NCBI GenBank assembly: GCA_965113315.1
Contig: OZ220364.1
Length of the DNA stretch: 64,000 nucleotides
Origin: Podarcis vaucheri
Lineage: Eukaryota
Direction: 5' to 3' (one strand)
Position 1 is the stretch's first letter. Every line of letters starts with the position of its first letter. Positions 10,691 through 24,100 of the stretch are shown here, piece after piece. Both the position numbers and the translations under genes were made by a program. Below the pieces are notes generated by a model that saw nothing but the letters and a program-made list of their open reading frames with translations, was not told the origin of the DNA and ran no database searches.

Positions 10691-13610
10691 ATCCCTACAA
10701 CAGATCATGGTAGGCTCCATGGTAGTTCAAGGCATTCAAGGCATATTCACACACGACGTTATAGTTGAGTTTAAACGGCCATGTCAGGGGCTGTTGAAAG
10801 GCGACTCAGCATCTACAATTCTTGATGGCCCCATCCCAGCTGAATGTAAATGCAGCAAGGCTGAAAATTGCCTGGCATGGAGGCAAGAGAGTGATGGGAG
10901 CACCAGCTCCACCATTGCTGGTATATAAACAGCCAAAGAACAGCAGCAATAGCCTTATTATGGCCAGCATACTGAGGCACACAGTTGGGAGCTTTTGCCA
11001 CAGTGTGGGATGAAAACAAAACAGCTAGCAGAGAAAGCCTCAGCAAGGTGGGAGAGAAGTAATTGGAAAACTGTGAGGTATATGCAACTTCACAGCTCTG
11101 AGGAAAAGGAAGAAAGTAGGAAATGTTTTTTAAGATGTTATTATACTGGAAGGCAAAACCATACAATTTGAAAGGTGGTGATGAGAAGAATCCAGGAATT
11201 CCTGAAGAAAGGACTCACTGGGTCTTCCTCTAAAACTCATTGAGTTAGAACTGGGGCTCTGAAAGACCTGAAGCCACTGTAATTCACTGCCAGCTCTTAA
11301 GGGAAAGAATCTGCAACATGTCACATACTTAACCTGCCATGGTTTTCCTTAAAACAGCCTGGAAACTTTGATTTGGTAAACAGGCTAAAGCTGTTTTCAG
11401 GAAGCTGAAGCACTCTTATTGCACACTTGGAACTGAGATTGTGAGGATTAAGGCTAAATAACTATCCTATTTGTTGGGAAGAATACGTTTTCAGCAGAAA
11501 ACATATATAAATATGTGAGTAGAGTAAGTACTATATGGTGCATTTAAAATGGTAAGTGTAGAAGTTCATATCATAAATTGAAGTAACTTAGCATAATAAA
11601 ATTCAGCTTTTCGATTTTTTAGCCAAGATATAGCCAACTCCTCGTGCCAAAGGAATTAGCAATTATTTTCAACTATGTCAACTCAAGTGTTGTAGGGTGA
11701 CACTGAATGAAGTCTGCGGTGTAAATAGGGCAACATGGGGGCTTTCAATGGATCTAAATGATATCTAGGAGATCGCACGCACGCACAAACACACATACAA
11801 GAAAAAACTTACACTGGTTTGTTCACATTCTCCTTTTGACAGCTAATTCACAACCATTGTTTGAAAAAAAAACAAGACTTTCCTTGTTGCTTTTTATGAT
11901 CACATCAGTCACGGGTCATGTAGGCAGTGTACTTAAAATTACCTGGTTGTCATGGCTGGACCATGGTGCATTTTGGATTTATTGTGGCAATTACTGTGCA
12001 TTGGGAAACCAATGAAATCTGTTCTCAGAGACTTATGGAACCCGGCGGATTCCTGAATGCTCTGGAGAATTTTCCAGTGGAGAGAGCTAGCAATACTGCT
12101 GCGGCCTTGGTAATGCTCTGGAATGGGGAGATGAAGCAGGCCATCAACATGATTGCTCCCAAGTGCCCTCTTTGGTGCTCTGGAGCTCACTTTGCTCACT
12201 GGTAAACCAGGAGCTTATGAGTGATGAAACAGACTGGAAGACGACTAGAAGGCAAGTGGCAGAAATCTTGTGCTGAAGCTGACTGAACACTGGTTAGAGC
12301 ACTGTAACTGTGCCTAATAAGTTGTGAGAGGTGACAACAAAGGCCTACTTTGGTGCCTCCACTACATCCTCTACTAGCTAACGGTGCCTTTTACCAGCTT
12401 GGGTTGATAAGTCAGCTATAGCCATTCCTAGCTCAAGATAGCTTGACATCGGTGGTCCAGGCACTGGTAACCTCAAGACTGGATTAGTGTAATGCACCCT
12501 ATGTGAGGCTTCCCGTGGACTTAACCACCAGTGCATCTTGCAGAAGCTAAATTGTTGACGGGGGTATCCTGTCAACTCCATTTAACACCTCTGCTGAGGG
12601 AGCTGCACTGGCTGCAAATATGCTACTGGGAACAACTGAATATTGTACTTTTAAAGCCCTAAAGAACTTGGGCCCAGGTTATTCAAGGGACTGCCTCGAC
12701 CCAACTGTGCCCCTCAGATGGGTCATCGCTGACAGCACACACTGTATAAGAAATTGGACTTCTAGTTGCAGCTCCAGCCCTCTGAAATAAGTCACCCACA
12801 TTTTTGTTTAAGAAGACTTTTTCAGAGGCGTGACCCGGTCATTTATAGACTATTAATTTTGCACTTGTAGAGGTTGTTTTCCTGTCTTTACAGTTAGTTG
12901 GAGTGGTTTCAATTGTTTTCAGACCTTTTATTGTATCTCATTGTTATATGATATTACATTGGTTCAATGGCTTTAGGCTGTAAAGCAGTTTATAAATTTG
13001 AAAAATAAAATTCAGCAAGGGACAGGAAAATTCACTTCAAATGTGTATTGGAAGCCCATTCACACACAGGTCATAGTGAGGAAACTCCCCCCCCCCAGCC
13101 TCAATTATTTTTTTCTTATGGCTAGGAATGTCTTGTTTAACTGCTTGGAAGCCAGAAGAAAAGACAGGAAGACGAGAACTTTAAGCTCTCCATCTTCTCT
13201 TCAGTTACTCTTCTTCAATCAGCAAGCCATGCCAGATCGCCTTCAGCCAGATTAACCAGTTCCTTGAATAATGCTATTATGTGGATTAAAACACAATGCA
13301 CATCATATTTTTAAAGGTATGTAAAAAAAAAGACTGTTCAGCAATTATTTACAGGCACAAGACGGTCTAAACATTTTTCCAACTAATTCCCAAGCACCTT
13401 CATTGTTCCACAAAGTATTCACTGAATGAATTTAACAGCGTACAGTAATCCAAATCTATAATGACACAACTGAGAAATTGAATGATTATATCACTGAACG
13501 GTGTGATCCATAAACGGTTGTGTGGGTTAAATGTATCTCTTTTTCACTGCTGCCAACATCAGTCTTGGTAGCCAAGCCCATCGGTCAGTGGTCAGTGGAA
13601 TGGCTGCAAC

Positions 13611-13746
13611 CAGTGCTATTTTTCTACAAAAATATGTGCCGGAACTCACCCTGAATGCCACCCTTGTTCTCTTACAATGGCATTGGCACCCACCTGAGAG
13701 GTGCTGGGACTGAGTTCCAGTGAGTTCTGGCTGAAAAAAAGCCCTG
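13611..13746. mobile_element. hAT MITE
   Basis: CAGTGCTATTTTTC...GAAAAAAAGCCCTG imperfect TIR. 8-bp TSD gctgcaac/gttgcaac. Confidence 0.75.
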
Positions 13747-15164
13747 GTTGCAACTGCTGTGGCCAGTCGAAGCAGCCTTGGGAGAAAGATGCATGGTTGT
13801 GTCGGGGTCAAGCTCTGTCAGTCTTCAGTTGTCCATGCTACAACCAGTGAGTTGAAGCTTTAGTACAGTACAGTCAGTGTGGAATCATGACCTAAGCTAC
13901 TAGAAAAGGAGACCCATACATAATTTTAAACAATTGCTATTAAATATATCATTTGCATCTTTCCAGATATTTATAGAAAGCGGGTGTAAGAATACAACCA
14001 TGTTGGATCACAGAATTTTAAAAAATGATTATAGAACATATGGCTTGAATTGCTTAGTATGCCCATGTCTTGGAATATGAATTGTCACAAATTTTATTAT
14101 TTTATTTTATTATTTTACAATGAATACTCAAAACAGAATGTCATGCTTCACTGATCACTGGTTTATAAGAGGAGATGGGGCCATACGGAGGAATCAAAGA
14201 GGTCAGTCCTTATTAATGAACTGGCCTTCAAGTCTCTGCATTAATTAAACATCTAATAACACTACAATTTTACTTTAAAAAATGATTATTAACATACTTT
14301 CCTATTTTAGAGCAGTGGCTCTCCAAGTGATACAACCTCTAGTCTAAGCCCCATTTTGTATTTGGGTGTCTTGAACCCTAATTTGCTTGCATTGCACAGG
14401 GAGTAGCAGAGTTATGTCTCCATATCATACAAACTTACTATATACACCAATATTACATAATTGTGCCAAATACAAAGAAATTGAAAACATGTGCTTTATT
14501 AATTAGCATGCGATGGGCACTGTTTAGTCTTCTGCCAATGGTACATATACATAAGACCAGTACATCTTAACTTAAAAGAGTCAAAAGAGCCATATAATGA
14601 TGAATAAATAGAATGAGACAGCAGAAAGATACATGCAATAAAATACTTTAGTTAGATCCTTCAAACTATTGATAAATAATATAGAATTCAAGAGAATGTT
14701 AACGTTCAGTTCATTATTAGTTAATACCTCGGCTTGAGTGAAGGAAGTAATTTTAAACTTGCCTCCTTTGTATTTGCAGTGTTGAACTTAGAAGCTGCAT
14801 GTTTCTTGTCATTAGTTCTCAATTTCCACAGAACAGCTGGAAAAACATAATCTATCAAATGGATAGCAATGTTTTAATGTAGAACAAAAATAGTTCCTGC
14901 AAGGTACTAATTGCCTCAGGGCAAATTCAGGAACTCTAGAAGATATTGTCTCAAACGCTATCATCTACAAACCAGTAAAGATGGAAGCTATGGCCAAAAT
15001 AGCTCTAAACCGGGAGATAGTGGAATGTCTGTTCATTTTGTCCATATTAGTTAGCTATAGATATGCACCAAGTAATATCATACATGGACGGAAGTCAGCA
15101 CCAAGGCTCCACTGGCTTCAATTAAATCAAAGGTTTACCTATTTATGGTAAGGCTGCTTGTCAA

Positions 15165-15660
15165 TTATTATTGTTGTTGTTGCTGTTGTTGTTATTATTA
15201 TTATTATTATTTCTACACCACCTTTCATCTGAGGATCACAGGGTGGTTTACAATATAAAAACACAAAAATACATAACAGAATGACAAACAGAAACAATAA
15301 CCCCCCCACACAGTTTAAAAGACTATAGATTGATTAATGAGCCAAAGGCCTGGGGAAAAAGGAATGATTTTACCTGGCACCTAAATATATGTAATGAAAG
15401 CGCCAGGTAACAGTGGCGTAGCGTGGGGGGTGCAGGGGGGGCCGGGCGCACCGGGCGCAACATCTGGGGGTTAGGGGGCGCAAATCCACGGGTTAGGGGG
15501 CGCAAATTACTTGCCTTGCCCCGGGTGCTGACAACCCACGCTACGCCACTGCCAGGTAAGCCCCTCCAGGGAGAGCATTCAAAAAGTGGGGAGCCACTAC
15601 AAAAAAGGCCCATTCTTGTGTTGCTGCCCTACAGACCTCTTGACGAAGAGGCACCCAAAG
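15165..15660 (-). mobile_element. L2-type LINE 3' fragment with (AAT/AAC)n tail, interrupted by a MITE
   Basis: Reverse complement of the 3' fragments at 36980 and 57595, and collinear with 27949. Boundaries approximate. Confidence 0.65.
15411..15551. mobile_element. Young GC-rich 141-bp hAT MITE
   Basis: Perfect 17-bp TIR CAGTGGCGTAGCGTGGG / CCCACGCTACGCCACTG. Perfect 8-bp TSD ccaggtaa (15403-15410, 15552-15559). Confidence 0.92.
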
Positions 15661-15859
15661 ATGGTTGCCTCCCCCAACGTTGTGTACAATGAGGATTTCA
15701 AGTGTGAAATGCTTTAGCCACCCACCCAGAGAAAACAAAGGAAGTCCTGCTTTTTTTTTGCCAAAACCAGTTTTGGGATGCTGACAACTGGAGAAGCTCA
15801 TGGCGCTCTTAAAAAAAGCAAGGACTGCTCCACCCCTACAGAGATGGCAGATATAACAT

Positions 15860-16090
15860 ATTATTGATTATTTATTGCATTTACATCCCACCTTATTTTC
15901 CACAGAGCTCCAGGTGGTGTGGTTCTGCTGCTCCTCATTTAATACCCGCAACAGCCCTGTGAGGTTGGCGGGGACACTGTGACTGGCCCAAGGTCACCCA
16001 GTGTGTTTCATGGCTGAGTAAGGGATTAGACCCCTAATCTCCCAGGTCCTAGTCTGACACTCTAACCACTACACCACACCACACCGGCTC
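15860..16090 (-). mobile_element. Old tRNA-derived MIR/CORE-like SINE
   Basis: Reverse complement resembles 20421-20630 (tggtgtagtggttagagtgt...ggactaggacctgggaga head). Ends approximate. Confidence 0.6.
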
Positions 16091-18039
16091 TCAGACCTGT
16101 TTGGCCCCTATGCACCAAAGTTTTAAGGCTGTTGTTTGGCATGCTGGAACACAGAGAAGCAGTAGAATCAGTCAGCCAACCTCTCTGCTGTGCTTTCTTC
16201 CAAAACAAGAGGGAAAAAATCATCTTCTGTACACAATCCCTATTAGTAGTTGTAACCCCTTTCCACTCAAGCCTACGTCATGCATTGCTCGTGTGGAGAG
16301 GGTGTGTTGAATTGCACATTTATCCCTACTCAGAAAGTCATGCTGCTGCTCCTGCCTTTACTATTACTATTACTATTACTATTACTATGTTCAGGGTAAC
16401 ACCCGCAGTGGGGCACCTTAGCTACGCATGGAGGCTCCCTGTGCAATTTGGAAACCTTGTTAAACAGGGTTGTAAATTGCAGGGGGGTTTCATGCATGGA
16501 GGATTTCTGCTGTAAACATAATCCTGAACACAATGACAATAAAAGTGGGTCAGGGGGAGCAGGACAACTTTGTGGGTGGAGCTAAATAGGCAACCCTAAG
16601 CCCCCATTCAACACACTTTTCCTCTACACAAGAACAACACAGGAGGAAGGCTTCCATTGCCTGCAATCTGGGAAGCATATATTTTAACCCAATCCTGACA
16701 TGTGGGAGATGTGTGAGGCAAGAGAGAGGCCAGAAGCTCATCATCTTGCCCAGTGACTGTGCTGGGCACTACCCTTCACAGTCTCAGCATAAAAACTATC
16801 TTTCCCGCTCTACTTATCACAGATAAACCACATTTAACACAAATGTGTGTGGGTTGTTTTTTTCAAAAATCAAATTCATGGTAAAGGAAAAGTCCCAGAA
16901 TATAAAAGAAGTGTAGAATAGAGAAGAAGAAAAAAGGATTATATCATGGTCCTTTCCAACTCTGCAATTCTGTGATCCTAATCCTGCTGTAGCAGTGATC
17001 TGCAAAAATGGTTTTATAAAAAAATTATATGCTTCCCTTCCTTCCCAAATGTTCCAAAGAGCTACTTGAGAAATTAGTGCTAAATGAAGTTTTAAGTTAA
17101 GTCAGAATTTCAATATTTAGCCATTTTGTCCATTAAACTGGCACTTGTTTCAGTTTAAAAAGCTACAATATTCAGTAAATGCTCTTACTAGGGTGGGCAC
17201 CTTCTACTCTTCTTTCTATTGCAGATACATTCATTTCTTGGTATACTGTGGTAAACTAACCAGAACAATAGACATATTTTGCCTTGAGGCAGGACATTGG
17301 ATTTGGTCACTTTTTTGCCCTGCCAATTAAAATAAAAAATAAAAGTGAGAAATACAATTGTTTGTGGGAGTCTGGGTGTAAATTAGTTGAATTTATGGTC
17401 AATTTTAACTTTTAATTTTCATTATGAAGGGGGGAATCAATAACAGTATAAGTAATGCAGCAAAGGGAGAGGAAAAGATCATTACACAATAGGCTCACAA
17501 TGCTGACCACAATGCTGAACCAAAAAAAAACCCCACATTGAATTCAATGTTCTTTCTTGCCACAGCAGCTGCCAATGTCAAGTTTACAATTTGGGTTTTA
17601 TTGTTGAAAGAATTTAAACGGCAGTTTGAGGCCTACCATTTGGCAATGCCACAATAAAATTCTGGATGTTCTATATGCTCCCCTAGATGAAAAACTACGC
17701 TACAGAGTCATATTAAATCAAAATACTTTTATTTAAATCAGTATCCTTTTTGGCTTGAACAGGCTAAAAGCCAGCTTCTACAGCTTAACTGGGTTATAGG
17801 ACAGAGATCTAAGGGGGAGGAAGAGTTAGGGACAATTCAAAGAATGCAGGATGCATATGCACTGGGTTGTGAGAGTAAGCCTGGTTTTAATGCACCCTCT
17901 CCCATTCTGTGCAGAACCTTTGATATAAATCCATCACTAGAACCTACTCAGGTAATCCCTCCAGCACAAGAAAGCTTCTCAAGTAGACATTTATGCATAT
18001 AGACAGGAAAGGTTCATCGTGATGGGGAGAGGGTGCACA

Positions 18040-18160
18040 CCTGTGACTCTTAATCCCATAGTCGTAGGTTCAAGCCCCACGTTGGGCAAAAGATTTCTGC
18101 ACTGCAGGGGCTTGCACAAGATGGCCCTTGTGGTCTCTTCCAACGCTATGATTCTATGAA
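18040..18160 (+). mobile_element. Short tRNA-headed SINE with CR1-like 3' tail
   Basis: B-box-like ggttcaagccc followed by ...tcttccaacgctatgattctatga, the ATTCTRTG-type CR1 tail. Confidence 0.5.
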
Positions 18161-20106
18161 AGCTCCTGAATATGAAGTAAGAAATTGGAAATCATCTCAC
18201 GTGGAATAAAGTGGGTGTTAAGAGTACTCATGAATCGGATTAATATCAGGCAATTTATATCCTGCTGCTCAGGACTGACCTGCTGGAAGCCTGAGGGGCC
18301 CTGCCCTGCTTCTCTCCACCTGGCTTGGTGGACTGCTGCCGCCGCTGCTGGACGGAGAGGGCTCCGTTTTTGTTTTGTTTAAAAATTGCTTTTATTTTTT
18401 ACCTATGTCATTTAAAATTGTGATTGCTATTAATGCTGTATTCTTAGTTTTGGATTTTATGATTTATGCGGAAATTGTTTTCCATTTGGTTGTGTACTTT
18501 TTGATGTGTTTTATTTATTGTTTATGACTTTTGTTATGTTGGTAATTATGTAAATTTTGTCATGTTGTAAGCCAGCTTGAGCATTGTTTTAACTATGGAA
18601 AGGCGGCATACAAATAAAATGATGAATGAATGAGTGAATGTTCAGCAGCGACACAAATATGTAAGTTGACAATGGTCCAGCTGTCACATTGCCGTAAACC
18701 ATACTTAACCAGTTACCACGAACTTGCCAATCTGAGCCCCATTGCTTCTCCCTGTTGGTGTATGGAGGGGGGTGGGAAATCAAAATTCTTGACTTTGCAT
18801 TATTAGGGCTGAGTTTGTTTGTTTGTTTGCTCAGATAAACCAAAACCAGTAAGCCAAGAACAAATCTTGGCCAGAGATCATGCTTTCTTTGGGGCAAAAT
18901 GAACAATGGTTCCTTTGTTCACATTCATAGCAAACCATTAACTAGGCGAGGAATGGTGGGATATAAATTCATCAGAATCATAGAGTTGAAAGGGAACCCA
19001 AGGGCCATCTAATCGAACCGGCTGCAATGCAGGAATCAATGCTAAGGGCATTTGCCCCCGCTCCTTCCCCTCAGGAAAATCTGCAGTTTAGTGCTAAATC
19101 AGAACAAAGAGCAATCTGGTTTTCTGCTCAATGCTTTTTGTTCTGATTTAGGGTTTCAAGGGGAAATTGAAGGAGCAAAGTCAAAACTGCTTAGAATCAT
19201 GATCAGAAAGCATAGGACATGCAGAAAACCACTTGGTAGGCATGGGATAAGTGTGGATGAACCCCAAAACATCCCTGGCAGGTGGCCATAAACAATAACA
19301 AATAATTAACACTGGTTTACTATAATGCATGAGTAGGGCCAATGTGATGTGGGATGGGGAATTTCATCCTGTAAGAGCAACTGCACCCATTTCCCATCTA
19401 CTAAAATCATCTTGCTGCAGATTTTATTTTAATTTTAATTTTGGGGGGGCAAAATACATGATGTTTTGTTGGTAACTTATCTAAAAGTATACATATGGCA
19501 AAGTAGGAATAAATTTAGACCTTATATGAGAACATAAGATCTACCTAAAACTAAATGTAATTACAGGCTAATTTTGGATAAATAAATGTGGTGTGTTTTA
19601 TGAGGCCTATTATTTCCTCACCAGGACATTAAATTTTCATTACAACTGTGGAATTTGCTCAAATACAATGAAGAGGAATAATGCCCTAGCTGCACATAAC
19701 AGAAATTTTCCTTAGAGATATGCCACACCTTCCACCTGCAATTACAAAACACTATGTAATTTAAAAACAGGTTTCTATAATACAGCTTTAACATTCTTTC
19801 TGCCTTTTAAAAGGTACAATAATTTTCATTATCAGTGTAAATCTGTCACTAAGATATAAAAATGCTTTCATTTCTAGACGATATATCTATGTAATACATT
19901 TATATATAACCGTCTATGTGTCTTGCTGTTCCTCAAATTACTTATAATGACTATCAAGTTATTCACTCAGATTCATTTGAGTTGAGTGTTGTTTCTGGCA
20001 TTGCACATCTGTTAAAGCAAGTTCTAGCACACAACATAATAAGATGTGTTTGTTTGTAAGGTGCCATTGGACATTTTATTCTTTACATTGTTGGAATACA
20101 TGGAAC

Positions 20107-20257
20107 CAGTGCTTTTTTCCCTAAAAAAAAATGTTTAGGGGTACTCTCATTTTCCTACTCATATTGAAATACTGCCCCTCAATGAGGCCAAACTTAGATT
20201 CACAAAATGTTTAGGAGTATGTGTACCCCTGCATACCCCCAGGGGGGAAAAGCACTG
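20107..20257. mobile_element. hAT MITE (CAGTGCTTTT-TIR family), copy 2
   Basis: TIR CAGTGCTTTT/AAAAGCACTG. Perfect 8-bp TSD catggaac (20099-20106, 20258-20265). Confidence 0.88.
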
Positions 20258-20420
20258 CATGGAACTAAAACTGAATTGTGGTATTTAAACTTAAGCAGCA
20301 AGAGTATATTTTCCTGTTTTAAAAAGGCACACTGTGGTAAGTGGCATCTGGGTACACTTCTATGGGAGAAAGTCCCATTGATATCAGAAGCTCTCTCTTT
20401 CTAGCAAGTATGTTTGTGAA

Positions 20421-20632
20421 AGCCATTGTGGTGTAATGATTAGAGTGTTGGACTAGGACCTGGGAGACCAAAGTTCAAATCCCCACTCAGCCATGAAGTT
20501 TGTTGGATGATCTTAGGGCAGTCTCTTAGCCTAACCTACCTCACAGGCCTGTTGTGATGATAAACTTGGTGAGGGGGAAACCGTGTACATGAGCTCCTTG
20601 GAGTGGTTTATAAAACGTAATTAATAAATAAA
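20421..20632 (+). mobile_element. Old tRNA-derived MIR/CORE-like SINE
   Basis: A-box-like tggtgtaatgattagag, B-box-like agttcaaatccc, core cctacctcacagg..tgttgtga, (AAAT)n tail. Confidence 0.65.
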
Positions 20633-21159
20633 ATTCAAGTGTTCGTGACAACATTTTAAAAGGCTGCTATAAGGAACATTTAATGTTGTGACGTAGCAAT
20701 TCCCTGTCTGCTGCCAGAAACCTACCACACTACATTTTTTATAACGCAAAGAAAATAGACAGTAACTATTTATTCTTCATTTAAGATATTCTGAATAACA
20801 TTCCAGAGCTTAAGTTTAATTTGAAGGATCCACTGAAGTACTCCATGAGTATAGCAGTAAAATAACAACAAAGCCTGATATCTGCATGCTTTCTTACACT
20901 GAAGTAGTTGAGGACCTGAAGGCACTTCAAATTTGATCGCAAAACTTACTGATCCAATTTCTAATAAACACAATTTCCCACAAACGTTTGAAAATATAAT
21001 AGCCTTAAAGTCCGCAAAGCTCACTTTATTTCAACACAACGCAAATGAAGCCATCATTGTTTTGCAAAGCTCCACAGAGGAAGAAGGACAACATGGTGGT
21101 GGTTAAATGGATCCTCATGCTTTCGTATGTTACAGCGGACACTTTCTGAAATGACTTAC

Positions 21160-21195
21160 TGGATTGTACATCTGATTGAACAACTGTTCAGCTTG
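21160..21195 (-). CDS. ERC2: Candidate alternative 36-nt cassette exon of ERC2, phase 0-0: QAEQLFNQMYNP
   Basis: CTAAT branch-like motif (21263-21267), about 70 nt AG-free pyrimidine-rich tract, ttTGCaatgtag|CAAGCTGAACAGTTGTTCAATCAGATGTACAATCCA|gtaagt. Length is a multiple of 3, no stop, phase matches the host intron. Confidence 0.72.
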
Positions 21196-24100
21196 CTACA
21201 TTGCAAAGTTGGGAAGGAATGAAGCACAGACAGGAAAAGAAGGAAAGATCCAGGAAAACAGTATTAGCTCAGCAAATCCAGCACATTTGCACAGAAGAAC
21301 TTGGAATTTTATTTTTTTTAAGTAGAAATTTAAGTTTCTAAACATTCTTTAGTGCAAGTGAGAGGCACTGGGGGAAAATAAATGTTGACTTTGGCTCCTA
21401 AAAAAGAATAGCTGGAGTAAGAAATCTAAGGTTTGTGTTACTTTCCCTTTCTCAAGTGAAATAACCCATGAAATACAGAAAGCTGTCCACTTTTGATGAT
21501 ACATTAAGTGCTGGTCTCTAGCAATGAATCACTAGAAGTGCTTTTGGCCAAGGCTGCAATTTATCACCAAAGCTTCAAAGATGGTAATAATAAAAGATTA
21601 ATTAAACTTTATCATTAAATTTATGGCCTTCCTTTCATATTAACACAAAACTGCATTTCAGTTTTATTTGAATTCTGAACAGTACAGTTTGGCAAACAGT
21701 AGTGGTGAGGAAATCTAAGCGGCAGCGAACAAAAGGAAGACATTCTGAAGTGGAATAGTCTATAAGGAAGCAAAACAAATGATGCTGTAAGCTATAAACC
21801 ACTTACTCTAGAGCAGTCTCGCTGAAGTCCTACCACCCTGTGGGACTTCAGCTTTATGACGACCCCATGACAACTCAATCACTGGGGTGGGAATGGGGGG
21901 TAGGGTTTGAACAGGATGCCAGTGATTGAAAATCCACAACTGCCTCCATCAAGGGTATTCACTGAGACCACTTCAGGACAAATGGTTTAAGGATTACTTA
22001 CAGCCGTTAAACAAAGAAAATTCCTATGACTTCTTCATTCATGAAGGCAAAATGTCTATAAAACGAACATCCACTGGGGCGTTTTTCTGTTAATGCTCTA
22101 ATGCCTTTCACACTGCAAGCTTTCTTTTATTAAGCTCCGATCCAAAGAGCCTCCTGAAAATTCACGGATGCAGTGAAGCTGTCCAGATTTCTCCCTCCAC
22201 TGTGGATTCTTTTGCCACATTGAAAGAAAGTGCAGCAAAGAGTCCCTCCTTGAATTTCAGAGGAGGCCTCAGAATCCCATGTGTGAACTGAATCTCTCCC
22301 ATGGCATTTTTGGTTCTCCCTCTTCATAATCCTGCCTAGTGTGGCCACTTACATAGCCCAAAAACAGAGCAAATGCATCATAAAGAGGGCACAGATTTGC
22401 ACAAAATGCCGCATGCCAGTTTATGTGCACGGATGCAAATTTAGAAACATTTGCTATAATTTAAATAGGTATACATTGCAAGACAGCAGGGACAACTATG
22501 GCGAGACGACCTCTATGGTTCAGGAGATATCTGCTATTGGGCAACTTAAGGGGCTCTGCCCTCCCTTCTTATAATTCTTGATCTTTTAACCAGATAGGCC
22601 CATCGAATAGACAATACCTTGAAATAGAGAGCCGACAGCCCTTCATATAGAGGACTGTCATCTGTAAAGTTGGATATCCTAGTGTTCATTTTTAACTGTC
22701 CAAATGACTTTTTTATCTCCACTCAAGGGAAATGGATAGGTATGCAATATATATATTATTTCAACACTATAGCAGTGTTGCCATACGTCCGGAATTTCCC
22801 AGACATATCTGGAAAACTGCTCAACAACTTTTCTGTCCTGATTTTTGCTGTTTGAAATATGATAACCCTACAGTATAATATACTGTAATAAAATATGCAA
22901 GTTTCCATTTTTTGTTGTAGTTCTTTTGTATAGATTCTGTGTTCCCCTCCCCAAGGCAATGCGGTTGGTGTATAATTATGCCAGCTTGAAAAGCAGCAAG
23001 GTGTTTTGAAAGCTGAAAGAATTCTGATGCTGGTGAATCAGTTTCCCTGTTTTATCCATTTCCTAGCTCAAAAATATATGAAAAGAAGAACTAGCAGAAA
23101 ATGAGAGAAAATAGCAGGGAAAAAACCCTAACCTCTACAAATTAACTTTAGGCATACCACATGCTTTCTTGATTATACCTTGCTGTTATTGTAGCCAGCG
23201 GGAACTAAACACCAGCAGTTGTTTGAAAGATGATCATACTAATTATTAAGGTGAGGCACAAAGAATTGTAATTGAAGCTAAACAGTAAAACAAGGTTCCA
23301 GTCCTCATGCCACTTATATAAAAGTAGGATAATTAATGTGACAACTCCAAGCTTAAATTCTGTGTAGCTCCAAAACCTCACATCATTCAGTTCAGGGTTG
23401 GTTCCAGAAGGTGGCCAGGTTGGGTATCTGTTAAGGCCCCAAGACCAGAGAGGGCCCATGGTTGAAATAATGCTGCTATTTTTACTTCACACAGAATATC
23501 CAGGATCAGATGCAGCCTAAGGAAATTTTCACTTGCGTGTCCCAACTTTTCCAGGTTAATGGAGGCCACTGACAATACCATGCCTAAGAGGCCCCAAAAT
23601 GCTGGAGCCAGCACTGATGCAAAAAGGTCAAGATCTGTTATATAGAGATAGCTTACAGACCCATATGCCACCTGATTACTGTTTTCAGGCCAGTTTTCTC
23701 TGCATAAACAGAACAAGAAACAGGTCAGTTGTGAATGGGCTACTTTTTGTAAATACAGAAGTACTTTAAGTGGTTTGAAGTGATTTGATCATTTTAATCA
23801 TTCTTTTAAAAACTAATCAAAAAGTAAGTGTGTGTGTGTGTGTGTTGGAATGATACGTTACATGCAACTTCCAAAAGCAAGTTTTTCTTTTTTAATGATA
23901 AATTTGAAAACATGCTTTTGAAGTTTCATCTGGAATTTATTTTCCAATTTTAACAAATATTTCAGTTCTACCATTCCTGCAGTTTCCTGACCCATCACTA
24001 CTGTGGAATGCAAGTTTCAAAAAACATCTCTCTACCTATAGGAACAAAGGCATATCAATACTTCATCACTTTCATCACCAACCAAATGCACGAACTTAGG

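Noticed and set aside
14728-14836. Exon-like 109-nt segment (tgtttttccag|CTG...GAG|gtatta) on the minus strand
   Set aside because: Not a multiple of 3, stop at codon 6 in phase 0, weak donor. It could only be a poison exon and has no further support.
23178-23203. 26-nt exon-like unit (gtttag|...CAAG|gtataa)
   Set aside because: Frameshifting, weak donor and poor pyrimidine tract.
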